Program-made: the position numbers and the translations under genes
NCBI GenBank assembly: GCA_018711625.1
Contig: DVID01000001.1
Location: forward strand, 4,610-68,609
DNA from: Candidatus Limicola stercorigallinarum
GTDB taxonomy: Bacteria > Actinomycetota > Coriobacteriia > Coriobacteriales > Coriobacteriaceae
Length of the DNA stretch: 64,000 nucleotides
Direction: 5' to 3'
Shown: positions 27,992-38,180 of the stretch, piece by piece
Layout: each line of letters opens with the position of its first letter
How positions within the stretch are numbered: the stretch's first letter is position 1
Notes under the pieces: model-generated
What the model was told of the DNA's origin: nothing
Database searches by the model: none
Seen by the model: only the letters and a program-made list of their open reading frames with translations

Positions 27992-28735
27992 TTATTTAAG
28001 GAAGCCGCTTTCGCGCAGCTTCTGCAGGTCGGACTGCTTAACCTCACAACCGGCCGGCAACACCATAAACACGCGGTCGCCAACCTCACGCACCGAGGCG
28101 CCAAGGCCGCACGCAAAGCCATAGCTAAAGTCGAGCACGCGCTTGGCAACTTCTGTGCGCACGCCCACAAACACCAGGGCAACCGGCTGCTTGGTGCGCA
28201 CACGACGCACCACGGTCTCCACGTCGTCGTAGCTCTCAGGACGCAGCATAAACGCCGGGAGCTGAGGCGTGTTGTTCAGGATGGAGCTGGCACGCTCGGC
28301 CGTCTCGGAGACAGGACGAGAGGTGGTGGCAGCGGCCGTGGTGTGCGAGCGCACCGACGCCGCATAGCTCGAAGGCGTGTCGTACGCACCCGGACGATAC
28401 CCTTCCTGCTCACGCGCAGGCGGGTTATAGAGCGAGGCATGGCGGTCGGCATCGCCCACAAGCTGGCCGGAACGCGTATACACAGCTACCGACTCCGCCT
28501 CGCCACGATGCGTCTGGCCCAAGATGCCGTTGGAAGACTGCTGGGGCGCAGCATAGCCCGAACCATATGCGTCGTCACCGTATGCGGCGCCACCGTCCTG
28601 ATAGGAGTCCGCATACGAGCCGTCGTCGTAATAGTCGTCGGCATAGCCGTCGTCCTGGCCGTAGCCGTCTTGGTTGTACCCACCCTGGTTCTGACCGAAG
28701 GGAAGCCTGCTCTTGATATCGTCTAAGAAGCTCAC
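27992..28735 (-). CDS. sepF: Cell division protein SepF
   Basis: RPESYDDVETV...PVALVF...AKRVLDFSYGFACGLG...VGDRVFMVLP C-terminal domain; position in the ylm cluster. Confidence 0.88.
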   Translation of the reverse strand: MSFLDDIKSRLPFGQNQGGYNQDGYGQDDGYADDYYDDGSYADSYQDGGAAYGDDAYGSGYAAPQQSSNGILGQTHRGEAESVAVYTRSGQLVGDADRHASLYNPPAREQEGYRPGAYDTPSSYAASVRSHTTAAATTSRPVSETAERASSILNNTPQLPAFMLRPESYDDVETVVRRVRTKQPVALVFVGVRTEVAKRVLDFSYGFACGLGASVREVGDRVFMVLPAGCEVKQSDLQKLRESGFLK

Positions 28736-28795
28736 GTTCTCAACCTCTCTGCGTGCCGCGTTAGGATATGCGTGCAGATTAGGCACGACTTTTTG

Positions 28796-29548
28796 CTATT
28801 CTAGCTCAAAGAGCGGGTTGAACACCACCCTGCCCAAGCGCACAAGTGTGGAACCCTCTTCGATGGCGATCTCGAAATCCTCACTCATGCCGCATGAGAG
28901 CTCGGGCAGATGCAAGTCTCCCTGATCGTGCTCCAACTCGTCGCGCAGCTCGCGCAAGCCCACAAAGGTCGCACGAACACGATCCTTATCCCCCCGGGGC
29001 GCCATGGTCATAAGGCCTGTAATGGTAATTCCACGAAGTTGCCGCAAGCTTTCAAGAGAGGCGCGCACCTCCTCGGGCGAAAAGCCCGATTTGCTTTCCT
29101 CGCCCGAAACGTTGACCTCCAAGAGCACGGGCTGGGGAGCATCGAGCATTCCCGCCTCAAGACGGCGTTCAACGCGCGAAGAGATTGCCTCGGCAAGGTG
29201 AAGTGAGCTCACCGAATGGATACACGTGGCGCGCCCCAGCACGATATTGATCTTGTTGGTTTGCAGGTTGCCGATCATATCGAAGCGCACATCGCCGGGA
29301 ACGTCTTCCACCTGCGCAAGCCCGTCGAGCTTACGCACCAGTTCCTGAGGCCTGTTCTCGCCAAAAAGGCGATACCCCACGCGCATGGCGGCGAGCACCT
29401 CATCAACACCCACCGTTTTGGAGACTGCCATCACCTGTACATCGGATAGTGAGCGCCCGCTGCGCTCGCATGCCCGCTCTACACGCGCTGCTATCTCATC
29501 GTAGCGGCGCTTCATATGCTCGCTATAGCTTGCTGCATCGACGTCCAT
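28796..29548 (-). CDS. yggS: YggS/PLPBP pyridoxal phosphate homeostasis protein
   Basis: MAVSKT, FGENRPQE, MIGNLQTNK, LEVNVSGEESKSG, GLMTMAP, LSCGMSEDFEIAIEEGSTLVRLG. Confidence 0.93.
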   Translation of the reverse strand: MDVDAASYSEHMKRRYDEIAARVERACERSGRSLSDVQVMAVSKTVGVDEVLAAMRVGYRLFGENRPQELVRKLDGLAQVEDVPGDVRFDMIGNLQTNKINIVLGRATCIHSVSSLHLAEAISSRVERRLEAGMLDAPQPVLLEVNVSGEESKSGFSPEEVRASLESLRQLRGITITGLMTMAPRGDKDRVRATFVGLRELRDELEHDQGDLHLPELSCGMSEDFEIAIEEGSTLVRLGRVVFNPLFELE

Positions 29549-29659
29549 CAGAGCCGTCCTTTCCCTCATAGCCCCATGGTAGCGCGAACGCGGCCCCGAA
29601 ACTTCGGGACCGCGTTCACCTCACAGCTCTTACGGGAAACGATGCGCGCGTTTCTAGCT

Positions 29660-30523
29660 TTAGAGCAGATCCTCGTCTTCGTCATCCTCATCGTCCTCGT
29701 CAACGGGATTCTCGATGAGGGTGCGCAGGGCCGGGGTGACCTCGTCCAGCGGAATGCGCGCCACAAAGGCAGCGTCAACCTCGGGCTTCAAGATAACGCC
29801 CTCGCCCGACGGCACACGGAGCGCTTCGAGCTCGTCAGCATCAAAGCCAGCGATGTCCACGGTGTTCCAACGCTGGCCGGTGAGCAAGAACATGATGCGC
29901 GTCGCGGCGTCGATGGCGTACTGGGCGCAGCGGTCGAGGTAGCGCGACACCATCACCACGCGGCGATAGTCGTCATAGGCCTTGTCATCGGTAAGCTCAA
30001 CGCCGGTGGAGCGGTTGAATGCACGGAAGAACTCCTCGTAGATGCCGTGCGTAGACTCCTCCTGGTCGTTCAGGGTGCGCAGCAGCGACAGGTCGTTAGT
30101 CACAAGCGTCGAAGCGACGGTGCCCATAACCTGATAGACGCTCGAAGCCTCCTGGTTCACAAGCTCCACGAGCTCGGAGGGAAGCTCGATATCACCCTTG
30201 GCCTTGAGCTTTGCGGCGCGCGCCACGCGGCGCACCTTGTCGCACATGCGCTGCAGGCAGAAATCGGTGTAGATGATGGTCTGAAGCAGGCGGAAATCGG
30301 ACGCAACCGGCGCCTGCGTGGCAATGAGGTTGTAGCACACGGCCTCGAGGTTGGCGCAGCGCGCGTCAATCTGCAGGGTCTTCTTCTTGGTCTTGGAGGC
30401 AAGCCTGCGGTCGCCCTCCACAAACGCACGAACGCCGTCGTGCAAAAGCAGGTCGAGCGACTCGTAGATGGAAAGCATCTCGTGACGCGCCTCAACAAGC
30501 TGGCGAGAATACAGTTTACGCAT
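29660..30523 (-). CDS. phoU: PhoU family phosphate uptake regulator with acidic C-terminal extension
   Basis: Two PhoU repeats: IATQAPVASDFR...LQRMCD and VSRYLDRCAQYA...RIMFLLTG. Confidence 0.85.
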   Translation of the reverse strand: MRKLYSRQLVEARHEMLSIYESLDLLLHDGVRAFVEGDRRLASKTKKKTLQIDARCANLEAVCYNLIATQAPVASDFRLLQTIIYTDFCLQRMCDKVRRVARAAKLKAKGDIELPSELVELVNQEASSVYQVMGTVASTLVTNDLSLLRTLNDQEESTHGIYEEFFRAFNRSTGVELTDDKAYDDYRRVVMVSRYLDRCAQYAIDAATRIMFLLTGQRWNTVDIAGFDADELEALRVPSGEGVILKPEVDAAFVARIPLDEVTPALRTLIENPVDEDDEDDEDEDLL

Positions 30524-30672
30524 GAACGCTCCAATCGATGGCGCACGGGCGCATGCCCGGGCATCAAAGCCGATGTATGCAACATGCGTCAGTGTACCAA
30601 CCGTGCGTAAGGCGCGTGTAAGGATGCCTACATGGCACGATAAAGCGCGCCTATGTACGGCGACTCACCCCG

Positions 30673-31488
30673 CTACTCGCCCGCCTTTTCGCGCATCACC
30701 GCAACGGCGCCATGGCGGCCACACCGGCCCGCCTCACCGCGGTATGAGAAAAACCGCTCGGGGGAACTCAAAGTGGAGAGCCCCAGATCGTGCACCGCTT
30801 CTGGCGCGAGGCCCGCTTCCTCAAGCGCGGAGCGAATGGCCAACGCAAGGTTGAGAAGGCGATCATGCGGCCCCGCGCTCGGAGCAGCAAGCACGGGGAA
30901 CTCCGCCACAAACTGGTCTTTGAGCTCTTGGGAAACCTCATACTCATCACCACGGATGTGAGGGCCGATGAAGGCCTCAATCGCGTGCGGAGACACGCCG
31001 GCCTCGCGGGCAAGCACCTCAGCGGCGCGCGCCGCGATGCGGGCATACGTGCCCTTCCAGCCCGAATGCACCACAGCAAACCCGCCGGGACACACAAGGA
31101 TCACTGGCACGCAGTCGGCAAAACAAAGCATCACCGGCACATCGGGAGTGACGCACACCACGGCGTCGGTGCCCGAAGCGAGCTCACGGCGCAGCTCATC
31201 CAAAGCCTCGGGATCCGGGGAGCGCACGCAAGCCACATGGTCACCATGCACCTGGTTGGGCACCAAAAGGCGCAGAAGGAGCTCCTCCGCATCGAGCGCG
31301 GCCAACACCCGCCGCCGGTTCTCTTCCACCGCCGCGGGGTCATCGCCCACATGGGAGCCCAGGTTGAGCGAAGCATAGGGCGCGGCCGACACCCCGCCCG
31401 TGCGCTCAGTAAAGCCAAACGTCACGCCATGCGCCGTTGCGCCAACCAACGTCACACCGTCTCGTGTCGCACGCGTAGCCTCGATCAT
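30673..31488 (-). CDS. pgeF: PgeF/YlmD/YfiH family (laccase-domain / purine nucleoside phosphorylase-like) protein
   Basis: FTERTGGVS, SLNLGSHVGDD, NQVHG, FADCVPVIL, HSGWKG, IGPHI, FFSYR. Confidence 0.9.
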   Translation of the reverse strand: MIEATRATRDGVTLVGATAHGVTFGFTERTGGVSAAPYASLNLGSHVGDDPAAVEENRRRVLAALDAEELLLRLLVPNQVHGDHVACVRSPDPEALDELRRELASGTDAVVCVTPDVPVMLCFADCVPVILVCPGGFAVVHSGWKGTYARIAARAAEVLAREAGVSPHAIEAFIGPHIRGDEYEVSQELKDQFVAEFPVLAAPSAGPHDRLLNLALAIRSALEEAGLAPEAVHDLGLSTLSSPERFFSYRGEAGRCGRHGAVAVMREKAGE

Positions 31489-31521
31489 GCTTTCCCCTCT
31501 CCTGCATTCTGGTAAGAAAAA

Positions 31522-31547
31522 CGCCCCCGCCGGAATGGACGGGGGCG
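31522..31547 (-). terminator. Rho-independent terminator after ftsZ
   Basis: cgcccccg / cgggggcg stem followed by TTTTTCTT on the minus strand. Confidence 0.75.
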
Positions 31548-31569
31548 CCTGCCTGACTTGTTGAAACGC

Positions 31570-32715
31570 TTAGAACGAGCCGCGCTTCAGGAAGTCCGGA
31601 AGCTCAAACTGGTCGTTGCCAAAGTTGGGAACCTCAGTGCCACCGATGTTGCGGCTCGGGGCCGACTGCGTTGCAGAAGGAGCAGCGTGCGAGCCGATGG
31701 CGTCGCGGTCAGAGGACTTCGAGGAGCTGGCCGCGAAAAGGTCATCCTGACGGTTGACATTGGAATCGGAGAAGCCCGTAGCAATGACGGTGATGCGCAC
31801 CTGATCGCCCAGCGACTCGTCCACCACGGTACCAAAGATAATGTTGGCCTCGGGGTCGACAGCGTTGGCAACGAGGTCGGCCGCGTCGTTGATCTCCTGG
31901 ATGCCCAGGTCCTTGCTGCCGGCAATGGAGAGCAGCACGCGGGTGGCACCATCGATGGAGCTCTCGAGCAGAGGACTCGAGATGGCCTGCTGGGCAGCGT
32001 CGACCGAGCGGTTGTCGCCCGAAGCGGTGCCGATGCCCATCATGGCGGTACCGGCCTGCTTCATGATCGTCTTCACGTCGGCAAAGTCGAGGTTGATGAC
32101 GCCCGGAACGGTGATGAGGTCGGTGATGCCCTGCGTACCCTGCGAAAGCACGCCGTCGGCGTTGGAGAAGGCCTCGAGCATGGTGGTCTTCTTCTCAGCG
32201 GTTGCGAGCAGGCGGTCGTTGGGGATGACGATGAGCGTGTCAACACTCTGGGAAAGGGTGCGGATGCCCTCCTCAGCAGCCTGACGACGCTTGCGTCCCT
32301 CGAAGGTGAAGGGCTTGGTGACCACAGCAACGGTGAGCGCGCCCACGTCGTTCATGGCGATATCGGCAACAATGGGAGCAGCGCCCGTGCCGGTGCCGCC
32401 GCCCTCGCCCGCCGTGATGAAGACCATATCGGCACCCGCGAGCGCCTCGGCAATGTCGTCGCGCGACTCGTCGGCAGCCTTGCGACCCACCTCGGGGTTG
32501 GCGCCTGCGCCCAGGCCACGCGTAAGATCGGTACCAATATGGACCTTGATGTCGGCATCCGAGATCGCAAGCGCTTGCGCGTCGGTGTTGATGGCAACAA
32601 ACTCAACGCCGCGGATACCCTCCTCGATCATGCGGTTCACCGCATTGGTACCGCCACCGCCGACGCCGACCACTTTAATGACGGCAAGATAGTTGTTGAT
32701 CTCGTTCTCGTGCAT
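31570..32715 (-). CDS. ftsZ: Cell division protein FtsZ
   Basis: [26 protein letters not shown] tubulin signature, INLDFADV, C-terminal LPDFLK. Confidence 0.99.
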   Translation of the reverse strand: MHENEINNYLAVIKVVGVGGGGTNAVNRMIEEGIRGVEFVAINTDAQALAISDADIKVHIGTDLTRGLGAGANPEVGRKAADESRDDIAEALAGADMVFITAGEGGGTGTGAAPIVADIAMNDVGALTVAVVTKPFTFEGRKRRQAAEEGIRTLSQSVDTLIVIPNDRLLATAEKKTTMLEAFSNADGVLSQGTQGITDLITVPGVINLDFADVKTIMKQAGTAMMGIGTASGDNRSVDAAQQAISSPLLESSIDGATRVLLSIAGSKDLGIQEINDAADLVANAVDPEANIIFGTVVDESLGDQVRITVIATGFSDSNVNRQDDLFAASSSKSSDRDAIGSHAAPSATQSAPSRNIGGTEVPNFGNDQFELPDFLKRGSF

Positions 32716-32909
32716 GTCGGCCCTCCGATAAACGGTACGTTGGGATATATCAAACTTTAACCCTCAAGTTTACAGTAAACATAGAGGTAAACCGCCTTAT
32801 CTTTGCATAAAATGCAGGTACAGGTCAAATCACAGACCACAAAAAGCAAAATACCTAACACTTGCGCAGGTAATCGGTTCAACCGTTCACCGAATCGTTT
32901 ACACGAGGG

Positions 32910-34586
32910 CTATTCTGCGCTGCGGAACGTGTAGTTGTCGGGCGTGCGCACGTTGATATAGGTGACCCCCTGCTCCTGCCCGAGCAGGCGCGTGATGACC
33001 GTCTCCTTGAGGGAAATATCCTCCGGCTCGCCAAGCAACACCTCTACGCCTGAGGTGAGATTAGCCGAGATGGCCTCAAGCGACGAGAGGGAGATGTCTT
33101 TAATCTGCTCGATGAACGAGGGCGAGAAACCACGTGCGTACTCAAGGCCAGCAAGAATCACATCGGAGGTGACCTCGCGCCCCGAGGCAGCATCAACGTC
33201 AGCCGCAACATCGATGAAGAGCACAGCCCCATCACGGCGGGCAAGCGCCAAGGCAGCGTCCACACCGCTCAGTTGCTGCGTGCCGTCGGCTGCAGGTTCG
33301 GTGGTGTCTCCCCCGGTTGCCGCCGTGCCGTCCGCCTGAGCGTTGGCGTCTCCCGCTTGCGTGCCATCACCGGCGGCAGAACCGTCGGCGCCCGACGTGG
33401 CATCTCCCGAGGCAGCGTCACCCGCATCTGTATCTCCGGTATCCGTTGCGCCGTCCGTAGCCGCAGGGTCCTTTGGCAAGGTCGCAGAGCCCGTGGCAGA
33501 CGCGCCATCCGAGACAATCGCGCCCGAAGCGTCAACTGTCACCGCAAGCGACATGGGCGAAATCCAGGTGTTGTCCGAGCCGATTGCCCAGGCAATATCG
33601 CTCGCACCAATGTAGGCGATAGCGGCAACCTCACGCTCCTTTGGCGTGATAATAAGGGTGTCGGGGAAGCTGCGCTCCACGGTAACCCCCGCAATCCAGG
33701 GGTTGGACGTGAGCGACGCCGCTATGGCGTCCTCGTTCACATTGAGCAAGGTGGTGCCCGCAGGAATGTCGATGAGCTGTTCCACCGTTGCCTGGGGCAC
33801 ATGCTCGCTTCCGTTGATTATGATGGTCGAGGGCGTGAAGAGCGCCGAATTCACTACCACGGCAGCCACAATACCCACAACAACCACGCAGGAAACAGCT
33901 GCTGCGAGCACCTTTGCGGGAATCTTGGGCACGGGAATGTGAATGCTCGACACCGCACCGGCAAGTGCCGCCAAGGGCGCCGGCGCCTTGTGGGGTTTGC
34001 GCGGAGCCGCGGGGTGCGTGGGACCAGCAACCGATGTGAGCGAACGACCGGGCGTCATACGGGGGCTCAGGCGCTTTTTCGATACGCCCTTTGCCGTAAC
34101 ACGCCTGACTGCACCTGAAGAAGACGCGGGTACCGGTGCAGCCTTCTTGCCTGCTACAGGACGAGACGAAACCGCCCCACCAGCGCCGCGCTGCTTAGCA
34201 GCCGTTTTGGTACGAGCAGAGGCCACAGAAGGCGCAGTAACCTTGGACGCCGTACGGCGAGGGGTTGAGGTAGAAACCGGATTGGCAACGCTTCGCTGGG
34301 CGGCAGAGGCAGCCACAGGCTTAGCGGTACCCCGCCGCGCGGGCTTTGTGCCGGCAGGACGCGCCACAGTGCGTTGCTTGGTGGCAAACCCTTTGCCTGG
34401 CGTTGCGGTGTAGGAGCCTATGGTGTGTCGCGAAGCTGCAGGTTTAGACGCCTTGGCAGCAGCCGTGCTCCGCGGCGTGCGCGAGGCCGCTGAGGAGCTC
34501 CGCTTGCTTGCAGTGGCACGACGAAACGTGGGCTTCGCGGCATTAGAACCCGAGGAATTTAACTTCCGGTTGGAGTTCGATGCCAT
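32910..34586 (-). CDS. ftsQ: FtsQ/DivIB family protein with very long basic N-terminal tail
   Basis: Single TM helix, POTRA domain (IIINGSEHV...NPWIAGVTVERSFPDTLIITPKER), C-terminal YINVRTP; lies between murB and ftsZ. Confidence 0.85.
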   Translation of the reverse strand: MASNSNRKLNSSGSNAAKPTFRRATASKRSSSAASRTPRSTAAAKASKPAASRHTIGSYTATPGKGFATKQRTVARPAGTKPARRGTAKPVAASAAQRSVANPVSTSTPRRTASKVTAPSVASARTKTAAKQRGAGGAVSSRPVAGKKAAPVPASSSGAVRRVTAKGVSKKRLSPRMTPGRSLTSVAGPTHPAAPRKPHKAPAPLAALAGAVSSIHIPVPKIPAKVLAAAVSCVVVVGIVAAVVVNSALFTPSTIIINGSEHVPQATVEQLIDIPAGTTLLNVNEDAIAASLTSNPWIAGVTVERSFPDTLIITPKEREVAAIAYIGASDIAWAIGSDNTWISPMSLAVTVDASGAIVSDGASATGSATLPKDPAATDGATDTGDTDAGDAASGDATSGADGSAAGDGTQAGDANAQADGTAATGGDTTEPAADGTQQLSGVDAALALARRDGAVLFIDVAADVDAASGREVTSDVILAGLEYARGFSPSFIEQIKDISLSSLEAISANLTSGVEVLLGEPEDISLKETVITRLLGQEQGVTYINVRTPDNYTFRSAE

Positions 34587-35454
34587 ACGTTTCCCGTACC
34601 TTCCCATAGACGTGTCGGATAACGGCAACCACGTCCGAGGCGGTGGCCGTGCCGGTGTTGATGATAAAGTTACCGTGAACTTGCGAGACTTCTGCCCCGC
34701 CGATGGAAAAACCCTTCAATCCACAGTCCTCTATCATCTTTCCTACACTTCCCTCGGGCGGATTTTTAAAGACCGATCCGCACGAGGCGGTGCCCATGGG
34801 CTGCGTATGCCTGCGGCGCGCCAGGTAATTTTCCATGCGCGCACGGATATCGCCCTTTTCGGCCGGCGTAAGGCGAAGCGTCACCTCAAGCACAATCTCG
34901 TCACGCGGAAGGCTGCACGCGCGATAATCCCACGCAAGCTCAGACCCCGCATAGTGACGCATACCCACGCCCGGCTTGTAGGTCACAACATCCTGCACAA
35001 GCGACCCGATCCACTCGGTACGGGTGCCTGCGTTCATAGAGATGGCACCGCCCACTGTGCCTGGAATACCCATGGCAAACTCCAGACCCGAAAGGCCTTT
35101 GGCGTACATCTCGTTCACCAGGCGGGCAAAAATCACACCTGCGCCCGCCGTCACCGTCACGCCGTCATCCGCCACCACCGTACGCGAAAACTCGCGCCCC
35201 AGCGTCACCACAGCCCCCTCATAGCCCTCATCGGCCACGAGTAAATTGGAGCCGCGACCAATGATTACCCAGGGAACCTGCTCATGGTCGAGCGTCTCAA
35301 TCGCCCGGCGCAGCGCATGGTAGCTGTGACAGGTGATGAAAAGCGACGCCTTGCCCCCGATGCGATACGAGGTATGGCGTGCAAGGCGCTCATGTTCCGA
35401 GACATCGGTATCGATTGCGCCCGAAAGGGACATGACGGCGTTAAAGAGTCCCAT
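34543..35454 (-). CDS. murB: UDP-N-acetylenolpyruvoylglucosamine reductase
   Basis: HTSYRIGG, IGRGSNLL, GIPGTVGGAISMNAG, CGSVFKNP, HGNFIIN, EVKFLG. Confidence 0.95.
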   Translation of the reverse strand: MGLFNAVMSLSGAIDTDVSEHERLARHTSYRIGGKASLFITCHSYHALRRAIETLDHEQVPWVIIGRGSNLLVADEGYEGAVVTLGREFSRTVVADDGVTVTAGAGVIFARLVNEMYAKGLSGLEFAMGIPGTVGGAISMNAGTRTEWIGSLVQDVVTYKPGVGMRHYAGSELAWDYRACSLPRDEIVLEVTLRLTPAEKGDIRARMENYLARRRHTQPMGTASCGSVFKNPPEGSVGKMIEDCGLKGFSIGGAEVSQVHGNFIINTGTATASDVVAVIRHVYGKVRETYGIELQPEVKFLGF

Positions 35455-35460
35455 AGGGGT

Positions 35461-36879
35461 TTACTCGGCCTTCTCGGAGAGATACGCGATGAACTCAGGA
35501 CCTACCTGGGTCACGTCGCCCGCGCCCATGGTGATGAGGAGGTCACCCGCATCGACCAAGGCAGCAAGCTCGCGCGGCAGCTCCATGCGATTATCTACAT
35601 AGAACACCTGCTTCTCGGGGTGCTTCGCGTGCACCTTGTCGGCAAGCATCTTGCTCGTAACACCCGGAATGGGCATCTCGCCCGCCGAGAACACGTCGAT
35701 GAGCACCAAACGATCCGCCTCGGCGAAGGCATCGGCAAAGTCGTCGGCCAGCGCCTGCAGACGTGAATAGCGATGCGGCTGGAACACCACGTCAACATGG
35801 TTGAAACCAAGCGTCTTTGCTGCCGCCAGGGTGGCCTTGATCTCGGTGGGATGATGGCCATAGTCATCAACCACCGTGATACCGGCCACATCGCCCACAT
35901 GGGTGAAGCGACGGCGCACGCCATCAAAGGTGGAGAGCGCCTCAGCCGCAGCCTGGGTATCGAGCCCCAAAACCGATGCCACGGTAAGCGCGGCGGTGGC
36001 GTTGAGCAGATTATGGATACCCGGGTTGCTCTTGATGGTGATGGAGCGCTCCTCGCCCCCAGCAAGACGCACCGTGCAAGAGCTCGAAAGCGCGTGGCTC
36101 CCCTCCTGCGGCGTGCATACCACATCGTTAGCGGCATCAAGGCCGTAGGTCACCACGGCACGCCCGCTCGAACGCGCAAGCTCGGCCGTGCGGGGGTTGT
36201 CGCCGCACACCACCACGTACCCGTCCTCACCCACAAGCTTCATGAACTCAACGAAGGTGCGCTCAATCTCCTCAAGCGAACCATAGTGATCAAGATGGTC
36301 GGCCTCGATATTGGTGACCACTGCCACATGGGGCTCCAGATAGAGGAAGGAGCTATCGGACTCGTCAGCCTCGGCTACAAAGTAGGTGCCCGAGCCATTG
36401 CGCCCGTTGGTGTCGTAGCCCTCCACAATGCCGCCGATGAGGAAGCTTGGATCGCAGCCCATGCGGTCGAGCATGGTGGCGCACATGGAAGACGTGGTGG
36501 TTTTGCCATGGGTGCCGGCAACGGCAACAGTGGTATAGCCGTGGCCCAGGGCGGCGAGCATTTTCGCGCGCGGCCACACGGGGATGCCCAGCTCGCGCGC
36601 CCGCACCAGCTCGGGGTTGGTCTCGGGGATGGCGGTGGAAACCACCACCACATCGGGCGTGACCTCATCGATGGTCTCGGCACGATGGCCCACGCGAATA
36701 TCAACGCCGGCGCGCAGAAGCTGCCGGATGTAGCGCGACTGCTTAAGATCCGAGCCGCTTACCACGTAGCCACGCTCATGAAGCACCAGAGCGATGCCAC
36801 TCATGCCCGCGCCGCCGATGCCGATAAAATGCGCCCGACGAAACGTATGTGTCTGGGTGGCGTTGGAAATGCCTGCCAT
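35461..36879 (-). CDS. murC: UDP-N-acetylmuramate--L-alanine ligase
   Basis: HFIGIGGAGMSG, AGTHGKTTTS, EADESD, TNIEADHLD, DDYGHHPTE, FQPHRYSR. Confidence 0.97.
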   Translation of the reverse strand: MAGISNATQTHTFRRAHFIGIGGAGMSGIALVLHERGYVVSGSDLKQSRYIRQLLRAGVDIRVGHRAETIDEVTPDVVVVSTAIPETNPELVRARELGIPVWPRAKMLAALGHGYTTVAVAGTHGKTTTSSMCATMLDRMGCDPSFLIGGIVEGYDTNGRNGSGTYFVAEADESDSSFLYLEPHVAVVTNIEADHLDHYGSLEEIERTFVEFMKLVGEDGYVVVCGDNPRTAELARSSGRAVVTYGLDAANDVVCTPQEGSHALSSSCTVRLAGGEERSITIKSNPGIHNLLNATAALTVASVLGLDTQAAAEALSTFDGVRRRFTHVGDVAGITVVDDYGHHPTEIKATLAAAKTLGFNHVDVVFQPHRYSRLQALADDFADAFAEADRLVLIDVFSAGEMPIPGVTSKMLADKVHAKHPEKQVFYVDNRMELPRELAALVDAGDLLITMGAGDVTQVGPEFIAYLSEKAE

Positions 36880-37046
36880 GCCGATGCTCTCCCTCGCGTT
36901 GCGCTGTTGCAAATTCAGTAGGAAGACACCGATTCAAGGCTTTCGCGCCTCATGGGTGCGTGGCGCGGCATGCTTTGACCAGTGTCTCCCTAGGTACTTT
37001 ACCGCAACTTGCGCACCCCTGCAGCGGCCAGGTTTGAGCCTCGACG

Positions 37047-38180
37047 TTAGGCTTGTGCCACAAGCGCCTCAAGACGATCAGCCAGGCGCACGGCAGCCTG
37101 GTCTTGCCCCAGGCCTTGAGCGGCACGGCGCATGGCAGAGCGCGCCTCTTTATCGCTCAGCAGGCGCGTAAGTTCCTGGGCAAACGCCGCATCGTCAATG
37201 GATGCGTCGGCAAACATCACCGCCGCCCCGGCGTCCACCAAAAAACGCGCATTGGTGGTTTGGTGGTCGGCCGTGGCAAAGGGATAGGGCACGAGCACAG
37301 CAGGCACCGCAAGCGCAGCAATCTCGGCAATTGAGGACGCACCCGAACGCGAAAGCACAAGGTCGGCCGCGGCCAGCATATCGCCCATGTTTTCGATATA
37401 GCTCAGCACCTGGTAGCGGCGTTCCTGCTCGGGCGTAAGCGCAAGCGCCGCCTTTGTTGCCTCAAAGTCTTCGGCTCCCGTGGCGTGCACCACGTACACC
37501 CCCGGCATGGTCAAAAGCTCGTCTTTGAGCGCCGCCATGCGCATGTTGAGGTGGTGGGCTCCCAGCGAGCCGCCAAACACCAAAAGGAGGGTAGCGTCCT
37601 CAGGCACACCAAGTGCCGCACGGCCACGAGTGCGATCGCCCGCGAGCACCGAGGGGCGCACCGGGTTGCCCACCTGGGCGATTGCCTGGGGCTTTGCCCC
37701 TTCATGCTCAAAAACCGTGGCTACGCTCGGCTGTGCAATGGCGATGAGGCTTGCATGGCGAGCTGCCTGCTTGTTGGCAAGGCCCGGCACCGAGTTTTGC
37801 TCGTGAAGGACATAGGGGATGCCAAGCTTTGCCGCAGCACGTACGAGCGGAAGCTCTACATAGGCACCGAAGCCAATGGCCACATCGGGCTTGAGCGCAG
37901 CATCGCTTTGGAAGGCGTGCACCAGCCGGCGCTCCTCACGCGCCAAGCGCACCAGAGCCGTGATGAGCGTCCAGGGACGCTGACGATCGAACCCCGTTAC
38001 GTTGATGGGATGGAAGGCAAAGCCCGCCTGGGGCACTAAACGTCCCTCCAGGCGGTTGGTCTCGCCAAAGAAGCGCACGTTATGGCCGCGAGAACGCAGC
38101 TCCTCAGCCAAGGCAAGAGCCGGGTTAACGTGCCCTGCCGTACCGCCGGCAGCGATAGCAATGTTGAGCTTAGCGGTCAT
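37047..38180 (-). CDS. murG: Undecaprenyl-PP-MurNAc-pentapeptide GlcNAc transferase
   Basis: GGTAGHVNPA, HEQNSVPGLAN, GNPVR, GGSLGA, SRSGASS, HQTTNA. Confidence 0.96.
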   Translation of the reverse strand: MTAKLNIAIAAGGTAGHVNPALALAEELRSRGHNVRFFGETNRLEGRLVPQAGFAFHPINVTGFDRQRPWTLITALVRLAREERRLVHAFQSDAALKPDVAIGFGAYVELPLVRAAAKLGIPYVLHEQNSVPGLANKQAARHASLIAIAQPSVATVFEHEGAKPQAIAQVGNPVRPSVLAGDRTRGRAALGVPEDATLLLVFGGSLGAHHLNMRMAALKDELLTMPGVYVVHATGAEDFEATKAALALTPEQERRYQVLSYIENMGDMLAAADLVLSRSGASSIAEIAALAVPAVLVPYPFATADHQTTNARFLVDAGAAVMFADASIDDAAFAQELTRLLSDKEARSAMRRAAQGLGQDQAAVRLADRLEALVAQA

